DNA of 63,894 nucleotides, the filler included, from Phoronis australis (lineage: Eukaryota > Animalia > Phoronida): the NCBI GenBank assembly GCA_002633005.1. It is 10 parts of 10 records of this genome, joined end to end, with 100 filler letters (N's around TTAATTAATTAA, not from the genome) between each part and the next. Parts side by side here need not be neighbours in the genome. Positions count along the whole stretch, not along the records: positions 61,403 to 63,894 come from NMRA01003649.1; 9 more parts are not named here. The stretch is one strand, 5' to 3'. Of the stretch, positions 61,753-63,894 are shown in pieces. The translations under genes and the position numbers were made by a program. Each line of letters opens with the position of its first letter. The first letter of the stretch is position 1. The notes under the pieces were generated by a model. It saw only the letters and a list, made by a program, of their open reading frames with translations. It had not been told where the DNA came from and made no database searches.

Positions 61753-63894
61753 TCGTTTGTTCTTAGCGCTTTCTAAAATCAGAGACTTTAGTAAATGATC
61801 TCAGTTGCCGAACGTTTAATTGCTACTATAATATTGGCACACTTGATCGTTCTTGACAGACTGCCAATGAACAGTCGCTAGCTGCCTTTCTCAACCGTTG
61901 GTAACCCCTAAGCGATCCGTAAGTTCTCAGTTGTCATTCATTTGGAAAAACTAAAAGTGAATCAGAACTGGCCGTTGTTGCAGTGAAACATTTTTGGAAA
62001 AGTAATGCTAAAGTGAGGTGGTAGTCTGTCATAGTTAATTTAAGAGAAAGATAAACGAGTATTCTTGAATTAAGTAGAATTTTTGCAGGTTTCGGTTTGA
62101 TAGTCTCCGTGTGTGAAATAACGTTTTTGCCTTTGCGATTTACGGAGATCAGACTGCAGTACATACTTGCGTTTGCTTCCATAGAAAATCTGCGTGCTCT
62201 TTCCCTGAGAGTCCCGACAAGAGGCTTACCGGTCGACGGCCTGGATTCACTGAAATGTGTTGGAGACGGGTTGATTGGCACGTAACTGACATTTGCCAGC
62301 ACGCGGGTACATAGAAAGTGGTGAGTGTAGAAGTTACAAAGTTCGTGTAACACAAGGCAGGTCAGACACGGGCGGCATAATATTTTTAACATTCGGTAAT
62401 TTCCGCAAGGCAGACCATACGTTAGCAGCGTTCGGCTATTCTTGCCGGAAGTGATCTATCCTCAATTTCTGGTGATTATACCCGATCATTTCTGATAGCA
62501 TGTAAAACATATTCATTCTCAGAAACAAAACATTGTGAGGCGTTTGGTCACTGACTAGAATAAAAAAATAAAAACGCGCCCGCTCCCCACCAACTAGAGC
62601 CAAAGTATCGTGTTTTTGAAAAGCAACACGCAAGCAAGGTTTAAAGATTGATCATGACGGGAGCGAACAGTTGGATGGCTATATGCATTGTATTCAAGTT
62701 TTCCATTCCGTTGTGGTTGTCCCGGAACGATGCGGTGAGCACACTCCATTCATCAGAAACTATTTTGTGTGTTGAAAAAAAATTTTGTTGGCGAAATCTG
62801 GGATAAATTACAACTTTTGATCGCCATTTAGCGACATCTTGCATTTTGTTGCAATTTCCAAGTCTGCTGTCCTCCATTTGGAGGAGCGCCTTCAGCTATC
62901 CACCACTTGAGGGCCCTCTTGGAAAGCAGTGCTATCACTGAAGAGGTCACCCTCATTTTCAATATCACAATAATAAAATAATAATAATAATAAATAATAG
63001 CTTGTAGGAGCGTCCCCTGCTGTCCACCACTTTGAGGAGGGCTCCCAGCTGTCCACCACTTGGAGGATTGCCCCCCTAGCTTTCCTTGAACCGAAACTGT
63101 GTCCCCATCATTTTTACCTCACTCGAGATGGATTTTGTGTTTCAATAAGTTGGGCACCATCGACAGAACAAGACCTTGCGTACTTTGTGGAATGTAGCAC
63201 ATAATACAAGGAAACCAAAGGTGTGATGCAATTTACCTTTGTGCTGGTTAGTTTAAGTTGACTAATAGGTTCGAAGTTAAGAAAGAAGCTAAAATTAACG
63301 CTGTCTCGATTATTGTTGAAAGTTTGTGTTTGATACTTGAAGACACTTTCATTTCGGGACACTTTACAAAGCGTAGAAACATTTATTAGTAGGCCATGGT
63401 CCTATATTCTGTATATACGACCTACTACGTGACTATATTAACAATGCTAAACACTGAGTTGAGTTGTAGGGATGTCATTCATTCAGTATTATGCGGTGAT
63501 TGAAGGCAATTTCATAATTCGTACGACTTGAAAAATGCCCACATCTCTGGCGACTAATCGTATCGCGTACGAAGTCAACCCAAAAAATTGTCATAGCTCC
63601 TAACACAATTTGCAGTCGATAATGACAAGGTGGATTGGCTAGTTATGGTTCACGTTGATAATATTGAGTTCACGACTTACAGAGGCACTTTTTCATATTT
63701 CACAAATTTACATTCTTTGCTCTCACGGTTAGCACCACTTATCTCCTCTGGAAGTCTCCACCCCAATTTCCAATTTTACTGCTCTTCCCGTTTCATCTTG
63801 TCCGCTCCCGGACGTCTAAAGGCCCGTTCATGCGAGTAACAAATTTGAAAAAGTATTCCAGAATTAATTCTAGAATAAAAGAGCGTTCATTGTC

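Noticed and set aside
61934-62392. 152-aa minus-strand ORF
   Set aside because: No recognisable domain; consistent with a chance ORF

Overview
Eukaryotic, repeat-rich, intron-containing animal DNA, probably a marine invertebrate; the species cannot be fixed from sequence. The window is not one locus. It holds 10 segments joined by nine artificial 100-bp spacers (44N-TTAATTAATTAA-44N), so adjacency across spacers should not be trusted. Host genes appear only as exons, most of them missed by the ORF track: (1) a C-type lectin-EGF-sushi gene in selectin domain order with a dead duplicate sushi exon (7.76-9.55 kb, +); (2) a Cys-loop ligand-gated channel exon (25.7 kb, +); (3) TMX1-like exon 1 (42.2 kb, -); (4) four consecutive UPF2 exons (58.0-61.1 kb, -). 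The rest is a diverse set of decayed mobile DNA: a CR1/L2-group LINE with an N-terminal 2A (DVEENPGP) peptide, L1/Tx1 and pogo remnants, Penelope-like pieces with hammerhead-like motifs, an intron-containing Academ-type (XPG/PIN nuclease) transposon, a Loa-type LINE with RNase H, a HERO-type RLE retrotransposon lacking its RT core, and many MITEs and tandem repeats. I find no clearly new system. The best candidates for follow-up are the selectin-order gene, the 2A-LINE, the inverted pair of variant hammerhead motifs and the spliced Academ-like nuclease.
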